Shown: positions 1-7,634 of the stretch, in pieces
Position numbering within the stretch: position 1 is the stretch's first letter
How the letters are laid out: the number at the start of each line of letters is the position of its first letter
Source: a virus
Lineage: Duplodnaviria > Caudoviricetes
Strand: one strand, 5' to 3'
IMG/VR virus record: IMGVR_UViG_3300020045_001160
Location: 1 to 29,337 of that record
DNA: 29,337 nucleotides
The notes under the pieces: generated by a model
What the model was told of the DNA's origin: nothing
The model's input: the letters and a program-made list of their open reading frames with translations, nothing else
The model's database searches: none
Position numbers and translations under genes: made by a program

Positions 1-511
1 ATTGGGCGTTGTCAGCGTCCAGACACATGAAAGTATTCGCGGCCAGGGTTTGCGCGGCAGGGAAAGTTGCCACGTTGGTCCACGTCACATTGTCAGCCGA
101 CGATTCCAGCACCAGGGTGACTGTCGCCGCAGACGTGAACGAGATGGCCACGTTGTAGACGGCATCATCCAGGCCGCTGCCCAAGTCCAGCCCCTGATAA
201 CCGGCGCCGCTGATCGTGGAGCCGGTTAAGTCGGTTTTGGTGCGGTACAAGCAATTCAGCATGTCCACCGTTCCTGTAGGCAAAGTGAACTGAATCTGGT
301 TCGGCGCCACCGCCAGCACAGTCTTTTGCACGCACCATAGCGACAGGCCGCGATTCGCCAGATCACTCAGCAGGAAAAACAGGTTCTCCTTTGCCGATAG
401 CTGCAACTCGCTGGAGATGGTGCTCGCCAGCTTGCCGCAACGCCGGAATGCGTGCTCAATAATCGAGGTCGCATCGACGCTGAATTGCCCAACTACGCCC
501 GAAGTCGCCAT
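1..511 (-). CDS. Head-tail adaptor/connector-like virion protein (partial, runs off the window start)
   Basis: Manual translation from ATG at 511: MATSGVVGQFSVDATSIIEHAFRRCGKLASTISSELQLSAKENLFFLLSDLANRGLSLWCVQK... This fits the MATSG...IIEEAxxRCG...NRGxNLW podovirus adaptor pattern and lies downstream of the capsid genes. Not in the ORF track because it has no stop in the window. Confidence 0.75.
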   Translation of the reverse strand, partial: MATSGVVGQFSVDATSIIEHAFRRCGKLASTISSELQLSAKENLFFLLSDLANRGLSLWCVQKTVLAVAPNQIQFTLPTGTVDMLNCLYRTKTDLTGSTISGAGYQGLDLGSGLDDAVYNVAISFTSAATVTLVLESSADNVTWTNVATFPAAQTLAANTFMCLDADNAQ

Positions 512-523
512 GTCAGGCGCCCT

Positions 524-1267
524 TTAAACTTGCGTGACGCCCACCGCACCAATGCGGGTCGCGTTCGGGCCAATCGCCAGCGCAGGCAGTTGATACGTCA
601 CGACAAGCCGCTTGGTGCCGTCGGTTGCGCCAGTGATGACATAGCCGCGCACATCGGTGGTCGTAGTCGTGGCCGGGCTGGTAACATCAGCGACCTTCAC
701 CAGCGTGCTCGAAATCACGATGGCAGCTTGGTTGTACCAGGCGGTTTGCATGTATCCCAAATCGGTCAAACGGTAAGGTAGACCGATGCCGGTTCCCAAA
801 CCCACTACGCAAGCGGATGCAATCGCGCCGGATGAGGAAATCGACTTGATCGACTTGAACGTCTTGGTACTTTGCACCGTGGTGGCGTTCGGTCCGGTCA
901 CTGCTTGACTCACAGGCTGGCCGTAGCGGTCATAGCCGCTGATGGTCAGGGTCGAGCCAGAATGGTCTGCTGCCGAGTAAATCGCCACTGTGCGCTCGCA
1001 ATCTAGCACCACCAGGGCGGCGCCAGTTGCATCTGTGCCCGCCGTAGTTCCAGTGCCAGCAGTGAGCACCAGATTGCCAGCAGGAAGATTTGCCGAGGTG
1101 CTGATCTGGTTCTGTCCGGTGGTCGTGCCGGAGGCTACCGGGACCACATCAAAGCAGTAGGAGCGACCGACCGGGCCGACGCCGGTTGTCATGTTGGAAG
1201 GACCGGCAGAGCCGTTAGAGCCGCCGATGAAGGCTGAGCCAAGATAGAGGTCGTCGCTGACGTGCAT
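524..1267 (-). CDS. Conserved phage structural protein (Thr/Gly/Ala-rich, putative head decoration)
   Basis: 247 aa ORF, AAGGAG RBS upstream, SDDLYLG N-terminus, beta-rich composition, between the capsid gene and the adaptor. Confidence 0.7.
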   Translation of the reverse strand: MHVSDDLYLGSAFIGGSNGSAGPSNMTTGVGPVGRSYCFDVVPVASGTTTGQNQISTSANLPAGNLVLTAGTGTTAGTDATGAALVVLDCERTVAIYSAADHSGSTLTISGYDRYGQPVSQAVTGPNATTVQSTKTFKSIKSISSSGAIASACVVGLGTGIGLPYRLTDLGYMQTAWYNQAAIVISSTLVKVADVTSPATTTTTDVRGYVITGATDGTKRLVVTYQLPALAIGPNATRIGAVGVTQV

Positions 1268-1311
1268 TGCGTTGCTCCTTGAAAAGTTTACGCAGGTTGT
1301 TGAACGCTCAC

Positions 1312-1331
1312 ATTATAGGTTTTTGCTATCG
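1312..1331 (-). promoter_or_regulatory. Putative late promoter motif CGATAG-N5-ACCTATAAT (copy 1)
   Basis: Perfect TATAAT just downstream of a terminator; 15/20 nt identical to the motif upstream of the portal gene (14709-14728). Confidence 0.5.
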
Positions 1332-1370
1332 TGTTTTGCTAGTGATTGAAGAAAACTATTTCACAGGCGT

Positions 1371-1400
1371 AAAAAAGCCGCAGGTTTGACGCTGCGGCTT
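1371..1400 (-). terminator. Rho-independent terminator after the capsid/endonuclease genes
   Basis: Minus strand AAGCCGCAG-cgtcaaac-CTGCGGCTT followed by a U-run. Confidence 0.8.
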
Positions 1401-1404
1401 CGGG

Positions 1405-2754
1405 TCAGGCTTGTTTTTTGGCGAGTCGCGCAATACGCATCTTTTCCCTGAACGCCGGGTCAGCCCATAGCGCCTTGGTGGCCGCCGCCTTGCGCGCTTT
1501 CTCTTCCGGGTTGTTCAGCACTTCTTTCATGCGGGCCGAGAACTTTTCGCGCACTTCGGGGGCTGACCATATTTCAGTGTTCTTGACAGAGACCCGGGCG
1601 CGTGCTTCTGGCGTTGTTTTGGCTGCTTTGATGGCGGCGCTGGTTTTAGCTTTGAACTCGGGGTCAGACCAGATGGCGGTGCTGGCTTGGGATTTGGTGG
1701 CTTTGGCCGCTGGTGGCGGGCGTTTGATTTTCGGCGGCTTTTCCACGGGCGGGTTGGCTAGTAACTTCGCCGCCCGGTTGCGGGCGTGCCGCTCTGTCGC
1801 CATTTGGCTGCGGAACGCGGATACTTTGGCTTTTGTTTCCGGGCTGGCGTTGGCCGCAGCAGACTTCATGGCATCACTGAGTTTTTTCCGGGTTTCATCG
1901 GTAATAGGCTTTGCGCGAATAGCCAGCATTTTTGCCTTGTACTCAGGGTCCGCCCACATCTTCTTGGATGCCGCCTTTTGGTTTGCTTTTGCTTCTGGCG
2001 TTGCCAATGCAGCCTTAACCCTTGTGGATAGCTCCTCCCTAAATTCCGTCGTGCTCATGGTGGCTTTAAGCGTGATCTTGCGCCGGGCAATCAGTGCAGG
2101 GTCTTGCAGGACTGTTTTTCCTAGTTCAGATGATCTGGCTAAAAACTCAGGATTGGCGCGCAGCGATGCGCTTACCTTTTGTGCAAATTCTGGACCGCGC
2201 GCTTTCACGCTTGCACCTTGAGCCGCCTTCATTTCTGGCGTCCATGCCTCGCTCGTCTTTATGGCGCGCGCTGCCACGGCTTCAGGGTTGTTGTCGAAGT
2301 ATTTTCGCTGCGATGCTTTCCTTCTGGCTGCGTAATCTTCGTTTTGCCAGAATTGCTGCGATGCCCGGCCTATTTTTAACAGCGTCTCTGCGCCATGAAT
2401 CATCCCGACAGCGCCCTCGCCGCCATAGGTCAGGTTGCATAGTGTCCCGCCATCACGACGTAAGCCGTGAATGCCGATATTCATGATCTCGGATGCAAAT
2501 GCATCAACCTCTGATTCATGCCAAGAAACGACAACGCGGACAGGGGATAAGCCAAGTCCGCGTATTTTTTGAAGCACCCGACCAAAAAGCTGATTCTTCA
2601 GACCATCAGCGCTCCAGTGAGCCTCCATTCTTTTCAACCTGCCGCCGCCCGTATGCGTCCCCTTGCCGACATAGATCACAGCCCGGTTTTTATGCGGACG
2701 TGGATCGATGTATTGATAGACGTAGAACTTATGGAGCGGGGTAGGTTGTTTCAT
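1405..2754 (-). CDS. Free-standing GIY-YIG-like (Seg/LEM-3-like) homing endonuclease with long NUMOD3-like repeat tail
   Basis: N-terminal FYVYQYIDPR...IYVGKG...E.DAFASE...GTLCNLTYGGEG, then basic helical repeats (WADPEYKAKM, WSDPEFKAK, WADPAFREKM, ETRKKLSDAMK). Confidence 0.8.
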   Translation of the reverse strand: MKQPTPLHKFYVYQYIDPRPHKNRAVIYVGKGTHTGGGRLKRMEAHWSADGLKNQLFGRVLQKIRGLGLSPVRVVVSWHESEVDAFASEIMNIGIHGLRRDGGTLCNLTYGGEGAVGMIHGAETLLKIGRASQQFWQNEDYAARRKASQRKYFDNNPEAVAARAIKTSEAWTPEMKAAQGASVKARGPEFAQKVSASLRANPEFLARSSELGKTVLQDPALIARRKITLKATMSTTEFREELSTRVKAALATPEAKANQKAASKKMWADPEYKAKMLAIRAKPITDETRKKLSDAMKSAAANASPETKAKVSAFRSQMATERHARNRAAKLLANPPVEKPPKIKRPPPAAKATKSQASTAIWSDPEFKAKTSAAIKAAKTTPEARARVSVKNTEIWSAPEVREKFSARMKEVLNNPEEKARKAAATKALWADPAFREKMRIARLAKKQA

Positions 2755-2780
2755 GCATAGAATTATACCTTAGTATAAGG

Positions 2781-3698
2781 CTACGCACCTGCCGTTGAAA
2801 AGAAACAACGCGGGTCCGACCAACCCTCGGAATAACGCTCACTTGCGCGATAACGAACCGACTCCGTTTCGAAATCTCCTTCCATTGCCTTCGTCAACTT
2901 GCGGCGCACGATCAGCTTCAAGCCTTCTGGCGCATCAGTGGTGATGCCCCACTGTGTTGCCGAAGTCATGCGCGAGATGATGGCGGGGTCGCCGCTCAAC
3001 ATGCCCATGCTTTTCACTGGGTTGATGTCGTTGTTGCTGGTGCCAGCGCGCAGCACTGATTTCAGCAGCACTTCCGCCTGGAATGTGTTGTCAGGGCTGA
3101 TCACCAGCTTCTGCGGCGTCAAACGGATTTTCTTGCCGTTGTTGTCCACTGCCTTGCGCACTTGGATCAGCATCTGCTCCAGCGAAGTCTGCGACAGGGC
3201 CGCAGGCGTTGCCAGAATGTTGCTGAAGGTGCCGCCGACGATGGGGTGCGACGCACTGCCCAAGCAAACGCCATCACCACCCAGATACGAGCTGTTGTAA
3301 GCCCGGTTCAGCACGTTCGCAGTGCGTGTTTCTTTGGTCTCGATCAGCGATTGCGCCAAGTGCTTGGAGAAGGTGGAGCCGATGCTGATGTGGTCGCCGT
3401 CTTCCACCAGCACTTTGGTCAGCGCGAAGGCCAGACCGAACACCTTGTAGGTGTATCGCTTGGTGAACAGGATGCCGCCTTGTTGGTACGTGACCGGCAT
3501 GCCATCGGGCAACTCGGGCGCGGCGCCAAAGCCGTAACCCACGGGCTCTTCGAAATAAGCGCGTTCGATCGATGCATTGACTTCACGGAAGACTTGCTTC
3601 CACTCGTCTTTGCGTTGATCGTACACGCCATCGAAGTATTGGTTCAGAATGGGCTCGACGATGGCCCGGAAGTCGGTACTGCGCATTGGTGCTGCCAT
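2781..3698 (-). CDS. Major capsid protein
   Basis: 305 aa, MAAPMRSTDFRAIVEPILN...GFGAAPE...GGDGVxLxSASHP...MEGDFET..RY.A.ERY..GW.DPR, an HK97-fold capsid family of podoviruses. GGAG RBS and strongly biased codon usage. Confidence 0.9.
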   Translation of the reverse strand: MAAPMRSTDFRAIVEPILNQYFDGVYDQRKDEWKQVFREVNASIERAYFEEPVGYGFGAAPELPDGMPVTYQQGGILFTKRYTYKVFGLAFALTKVLVEDGDHISIGSTFSKHLAQSLIETKETRTANVLNRAYNSSYLGGDGVCLGSASHPIVGGTFSNILATPAALSQTSLEQMLIQVRKAVDNNGKKIRLTPQKLVISPDNTFQAEVLLKSVLRAGTSNNDINPVKSMGMLSGDPAIISRMTSATQWGITTDAPEGLKLIVRRKLTKAMEGDFETESVRYRASERYSEGWSDPRCFFSTAGA

Positions 3699-3710
3699 GG
3701 TTGATGCTCC

Positions 3711-4283
3711 TTAGATGGCGGTGGTTGGCACGCGGAACTGGGTATTCGCCAGAGTCACACGCAACACGGGATAGGTATCGGTAATCAGGTTGTCAGGAGC
3801 GAGTCCTGCACCGATGATGCGGAATTGCTTCTGTGAACCAGCGCCAGCCAAGGTTCCCGTCGCCAAAGAGACGATTGACAGGCCGGTGGAAGTGGAGCCA
3901 GCAGCGTAGGTGCTGATGTCGGCTTCGTCGCCAATGGCGGCCACGGTCAGGGCGGATACGCCTTGAATCTCGTAGACGATTTCAGGATCGGTGTAAACCC
4001 AAGCCGTGATGACCGAACCCGATTGAGTGGTTTGGGCGGCGGGCCAGAAGTTGGAATAGGTCGGCTTGCCGGTGGCATCGATGTATTCGCAGCCAGCAAA
4101 CACGCCAAGCAGGGCGGATGCAGCAGCGCCGACAGTGATGGTGCCATTGGCATTCAGGATGACGGGGTCGCCCTTGAAGATGCTGGAGCCGTAAGCTGCC
4201 GTGATGGTGTAGGCAGATGCCCGGTCAAGGCCGGACGGGTGGTAAACAGGCGTTAGCCCGTTGGGGGATGCGGTTGCGCTCAT
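3711..4283 (-). CDS. Conserved virion protein preceding the capsid gene (minor capsid/decoration)
   Basis: 190 aa, P.GLxPV...IFKGDPV...GVFAGCEY.D..G...WPA...DP.IVYEIQ pattern typical of the gene before this capsid family; AAGGA RBS. Confidence 0.8.
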   Translation of the reverse strand: MSATASPNGLTPVYHPSGLDRASAYTITAAYGSSIFKGDPVILNANGTITVGAAASALLGVFAGCEYIDATGKPTYSNFWPAAQTTQSGSVITAWVYTDPEIVYEIQGVSALTVAAIGDEADISTYAAGSTSTGLSIVSLATGTLAGAGSQKQFRIIGAGLAPDNLITDTYPVLRVTLANTQFRVPTTAI

Positions 4284-4289
4284 GTGCGT

Positions 4290-4436
4290 TCCTTATGCAA
4301 AATGGGACAGACAAATGACCTTGCGGCCTCTTGCGGGTCAACAAATCAAGCACTGGGAGCAACAAAGCTCAACCGGCAATTTTCAGACTCGATACAAGTT
4401 CGATGGTAATTAGCACTTAACAGCGCTAATTACATC
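4290..4436 (-). promoter_or_regulatory. Structured 5' leader of the capsid gene pair
   Basis: 12-bp stem 4406-4433 (one G-U pair only on the minus strand), plus GAGC/GCTC and TGACC/GGTCA hairpins with tandem CCGCAAG. Confidence 0.4.
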
Positions 4437-4463
4437 ACTCATATACGCGTAATGTACACGATT

Positions 4464-5024
4464 TCAGGAAAAGGTCTGGATTTTATTTCGGATACGTGCC
4501 ATGTCGCGCTCCATATCGGTCACGCCATCGTCCGAATCACCCAAGCGCTCGCCCTGCTGATTGAACTTGCCAACGATGCCTTCTTCTTCCTGCAATGGCT
4601 TTTTGTGGTGGAAGAAGTTCATCATCACCTGATATTTAGCCTCTTGAATCTTGAACAAGATCATTTCGTTGCAGGTAACGAATCCGTCATAACCCGCCAG
4701 GGCCTGTCCGCGACTGGCATCAAAGCCGGGCAGCTCGGATTGACGCACCGGTTCATAGCCCATACGCTGGCGCCGCTGCACGCTGTCATATTGCGAAGCG
4801 GTGGTGCCCCACAACAGGTGGTAGCCTGGAATGGGTGGCGCATTCGGCAGGGCTGCATCGGTGAATTCGTCTTCGAGAAAACGTTCGTAGTCATCTTCGC
4901 TGAACAGGCCGGAGCCGTCGCGCTCATCGGCTTCGTTTGCCCCACGGTCGCCGCGTACATCCTGTGCGCCGCCGATTTTGGTGCGCTCGTCGTCGCCCTT
5001 GTTGAGTGTCAGTGTCTTGCTCAT
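4464..5024 (-). CDS. Conserved head-module protein of unknown function
   Basis: 186 aa, LPNAPPIPGYHLLW...R.GYEPV motif usually found between scaffold and capsid genes in this phage type; ATGA overlap with the upstream gene. Confidence 0.7.
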   Translation of the reverse strand: MSKTLTLNKGDDERTKIGGAQDVRGDRGANEADERDGSGLFSEDDYERFLEDEFTDAALPNAPPIPGYHLLWGTTASQYDSVQRRQRMGYEPVRQSELPGFDASRGQALAGYDGFVTCNEMILFKIQEAKYQVMMNFFHHKKPLQEEEGIVGKFNQQGERLGDSDDGVTDMERDMARIRNKIQTFS

Positions 5025-5473
5025 GCTGTATCCCCTTCAGTTTCAAGTGTTAATGTGTCAATACCGTTTCCGGTGCCCGTATCGAAGACGGATGAAACCA
5101 TTACGGCTTCACTAGCTGTTTTCCCAAGATGCATCGCTGCTAATGCAAAATCGCGCCCAGACCCCATTGCATGAAATGGCGATTCGATCTTGTATGGGGC
5201 AGGACCACGATCAAACTTGAGAATGGTTTTGTCTGGCTGGATCACCATCAGAGAAACATAATCAGTGTTGTCTCTTTGGAATGGAGGTAGTTTTTCTGCA
5301 ATTGCGCCAGACTCAAACCATGCCACCATCTCGTGAATCCGGTCGAAGTCACCGGCGGCAGCCAACAAGCATCCGCGCACACGAAACAGCTTTGTGACAA
5401 CAAATATCATGCTGCCATTGCATGCTCGTTTGTCAGCGGCCAGCGTATGGCCGTCCCATGCAATGGTCGTCAC
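5021..5473 (-). CDS. HslV/proteasome-beta-like Ntn threonine peptidase
   Basis: M-TTIAWDG..LAADKR (Thr1 nucleophile, conserved D), TKL lysine, AGD, and AMGSGRDFALAAM (GSG loop). Confidence 0.8.
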   Translation of the reverse strand: MTTIAWDGHTLAADKRACNGSMIFVVTKLFRVRGCLLAAAGDFDRIHEMVAWFESGAIAEKLPPFQRDNTDYVSLMVIQPDKTILKFDRGPAPYKIESPFHAMGSGRDFALAAMHLGKTASEAVMVSSVFDTGTGNGIDTLTLETEGDTA

Positions 5474-5787
5474 GAAATTACCACCCAGTCATCGGCTAGC
5501 ATGTCAGTTTGGCTGGCAAGCCAACCAGGCAACATAGCGCGGCGACCTTCAGCATTGGTCGTATACATGTCGATGTGCGGCAGGATTTCTCCGTGGGTCA
5601 AACCGGCTTTCTGGTACGGAGAACCTTCTGTGAAGTTCACCGATTTGGTGCCGGGCACCAACAGAAGCCACATGCCCTTACCGTTCCACCCAGCGCGCGC
5701 CACTTTTGATCCGTTCTTCATGGCCTCAATAGCGAGTCCAAACGTCATATTGGCTGCGATTCCAGATTTGATTTGTTGGTCGTTCAT
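5470..5787 (-). CDS. tad2: DUF2829 family protein (Thoeris anti-defence Tad2-like signal sponge)
   Basis: MTFGLAIEAMKNGSKVARAGWNGKGMWL...HIDM...PGWLASQTDMLADDW matches the DUF2829/Tad2 signature. Confidence 0.8.
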   Translation of the reverse strand: MNDQQIKSGIAANMTFGLAIEAMKNGSKVARAGWNGKGMWLLLVPGTKSVNFTEGSPYQKAGLTHGEILPHIDMYTTNAEGRRAMLPGWLASQTDMLADDWVVIS

Positions 5788-5790
5788 GGT

Positions 5791-6714
5791 TTAACCCCTT
5801 GTGTTTTGTTTGTCGTAATCGCGGTAAGACTTGATCATCTTGTTGCGCGCCGCCGTGTCGTCCCACATGCCCGCCGACTTGATGGCATCGCTGCGCTCTT
5901 TGCTCAACATGAAGACGCCGCCCTTGTCGGGTGAGCCGCTGGAGCGCGTGCTACCCGCTACCGGGTTTCCTGGGCGTGCGGTGGGTCGCTGCGTTGCCAA
6001 GCGGTGCGGCAGGTACTTCTCGGCGCGCTTCTCCAGCTCGACCCAGTAACTGTCCTGCGTCGCATCCCAGCCTTCAGCCGTCAGCGAGTTGTCCAGCGCG
6101 GTCAGCACCTTGGAATCAGGGTCTGCGCTGTTGGGGCCGCCGTACCATGTGTTTTTACCGAGGAACTGCTGCGACTTGCTGACAAGCGCTTGATTTAACG
6201 GCTTCGGTGCGTTGATGGCGCGTGTCGCGTTGTTCTTGAAGTCGCTCAGTTCCTTGGCACGCTGGCGGCTGGCAATCATGTGCTCGGTCGCTTCGGCCAT
6301 GGTCTTTCCATCGTTGCGCGTAGCAGCTTGGGCGATCACGCTCTTGAAGTGTTCGGCGGCGTTATTCGCCTGCTGAATCGCGCTGTCCACCTGCGCCAGC
6401 TGCGAGCCGACATTGGTATCCTGGATGCTGCTGACTTGCTGCTGCAGCGCTTGGTTCTGCGCCATCAGGGCCTGCAGATTGCGCTCCATCGATTCGACGC
6501 GCTCGCGGTTGCGCTGGCTGCGGTTCTTGCGCTCGGTCTTGCGCCGTGCTCGAATCTCGTCGCGTTCGTCGTCGGTCTCGGCTTCGTCAAGTTCGGAGTC
6601 AACCTTGGCGGTTTTCTCGTCGTCTTCTTCGGCTTCATGCGTTACAGCATGGTCGAGTTCGTCTTTTTCCTCGATCTCGTCAATCGGATCGTGTTCGTCA
6701 TGTTCTTGGGTCAT
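5791..6714 (-). CDS. Capsid scaffolding protein
   Basis: Acidic N-terminus, long coiled coil, N.WYG and YW.EL motifs, C-terminal LS.ER..A...G helix; located upstream of the capsid gene. Confidence 0.75.
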   Translation of the reverse strand: MTQEHDEHDPIDEIEEKDELDHAVTHEAEEDDEKTAKVDSELDEAETDDERDEIRARRKTERKNRSQRNRERVESMERNLQALMAQNQALQQQVSSIQDTNVGSQLAQVDSAIQQANNAAEHFKSVIAQAATRNDGKTMAEATEHMIASRQRAKELSDFKNNATRAINAPKPLNQALVSKSQQFLGKNTWYGGPNSADPDSKVLTALDNSLTAEGWDATQDSYWVELEKRAEKYLPHRLATQRPTARPGNPVAGSTRSSGSPDKGGVFMLSKERSDAIKSAGMWDDTAARNKMIKSYRDYDKQNTRG

Positions 6715-6719
6715 GGGGT

Positions 6720-6815
6720 CTTTCTGAGCCCTTTCGGGCTACGGCGCATCGCTGCGTTAAGGGTTGGTCAAAGCCCACGAGAGGGCTGCGGCGTCTCGCG
6801 ACGGTCGCGCATAGG
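6720..6815 (-). promoter_or_regulatory. Multi-hairpin RNA leader of the scaffold gene
   Basis: Minus strand: CGTC-GCGA-GACG, AGCCC-TCTCGT-GGGCT, a short ACGC/GCGC near-stem and AGCCC-GAAA-GGGCT, ending 12 nt before the ATG. Confidence 0.5.
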
Positions 6816-6822
6816 TTAGTGG

Positions 6823-7185
6823 TTATAGCGCGTGGTCATCTTCTTCAATTGTTTCTCCTGGCATTACTGGCAGTCCAAGTTTAGATCGCCACTTGAAATG
6901 CATGCTTTCTGGCATCAATGCCACTGTGTCAGCGTACAGTCCATCGATGGTGTTTTGAGCAACACGGTTGCCTTCTTGAAAGTTGCCAATAATAGAAAGT
7001 TGCGCCTCGTTGATATCCTTGACCCGTAGATAATCTCTATGGGCGTCAAGAAAACTCCACATCAAGCCACGCACACGGCTACCGCCCATCAACGGAACAT
7101 AAGAATCAAAGTTTTTGAACTGTGTAGAGATGGCTTTGATGTCATCCCGCATCAACCAATCCACCAGACGTTCACGCAGCTTCAT
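6823..7185 (-). CDS. Hypothetical protein (120 aa, MKLRERLVDW...)
   Basis: The likely start is ATG 7185, which overlaps the GroES stop (ATGA). The longer track ORF extends into GroES out of frame. Confidence 0.6.
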   Translation of the reverse strand: MKLRERLVDWLMRDDIKAISTQFKNFDSYVPLMGGSRVRGLMWSFLDAHRDYLRVKDINEAQLSIIGNFQEGNRVAQNTIDGLYADTVALMPESMHFKWRSKLGLPVMPGETIEEDDHAL

Positions 7186-7634
7186 ACCATGTGCGCCCGG
7201 ACTTTGCGAATGTCTCCGGTGTAGGCGCCAATCAAATCTGAGTCCGAGAAGATAACCAGAGAAATCGGCTCGAGACCATCGCGCAAGTCCACCGTCCAGC
7301 GGTCGCCGCCATAACGAGAAACCTTCACGAAGTCGCCTATCTTGGCCCACACGCCTTCGGGCCATGGCTCGCCGGTGCCGCGATTCTTGAACGCCAGCGG
7401 GCCGACAGCAATCAGCTTGCCGATGGTGTTGTTGTAGGACTCGGTATCTTTTGTTTCCTGCGCCAGGATGATGCCGCTGGAAGTCTTGGAGACCACCCGG
7501 CGCACTTGGACCACGACGCGGTGGCCGAAGGGTGCGAATTCTGGATCGATCTCGGGGAACATTTCGGCAATGTCACGGTCACTGACATCAAATCCACGGC
7601 CGTAAGGATTCACAACAGGGGATAGTTCGCTCAT
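7182..7634 (-). CDS. groES: Phage-encoded co-chaperonin GroES (Cpn10) homolog
   Basis: PFGHRVVVQ...KTSSGIIL (mobile loop)...IAVGP...KIGDFV...YGG...SDSDLIG; start ATG 7634 overlaps the upstream stop. Confidence 0.85.
   Translation of the reverse strand: MSELSPVVNPYGRGFDVSDRDIAEMFPEIDPEFAPFGHRVVVQVRRVVSKTSSGIILAQETKDTESYNNTIGKLIAVGPLAFKNRGTGEPWPEGVWAKIGDFVKVSRYGGDRWTVDLRDGLEPISLVIFSDSDLIGAYTGDIRKVRAHMV

Noticed and set aside
1405-3698. Capsid-endonuclease fusion by stop read-through
   Set aside because: The endonuclease ATG (2754) is not in frame with the capsid stop (2781-2783), and no clear slippery site is seen.
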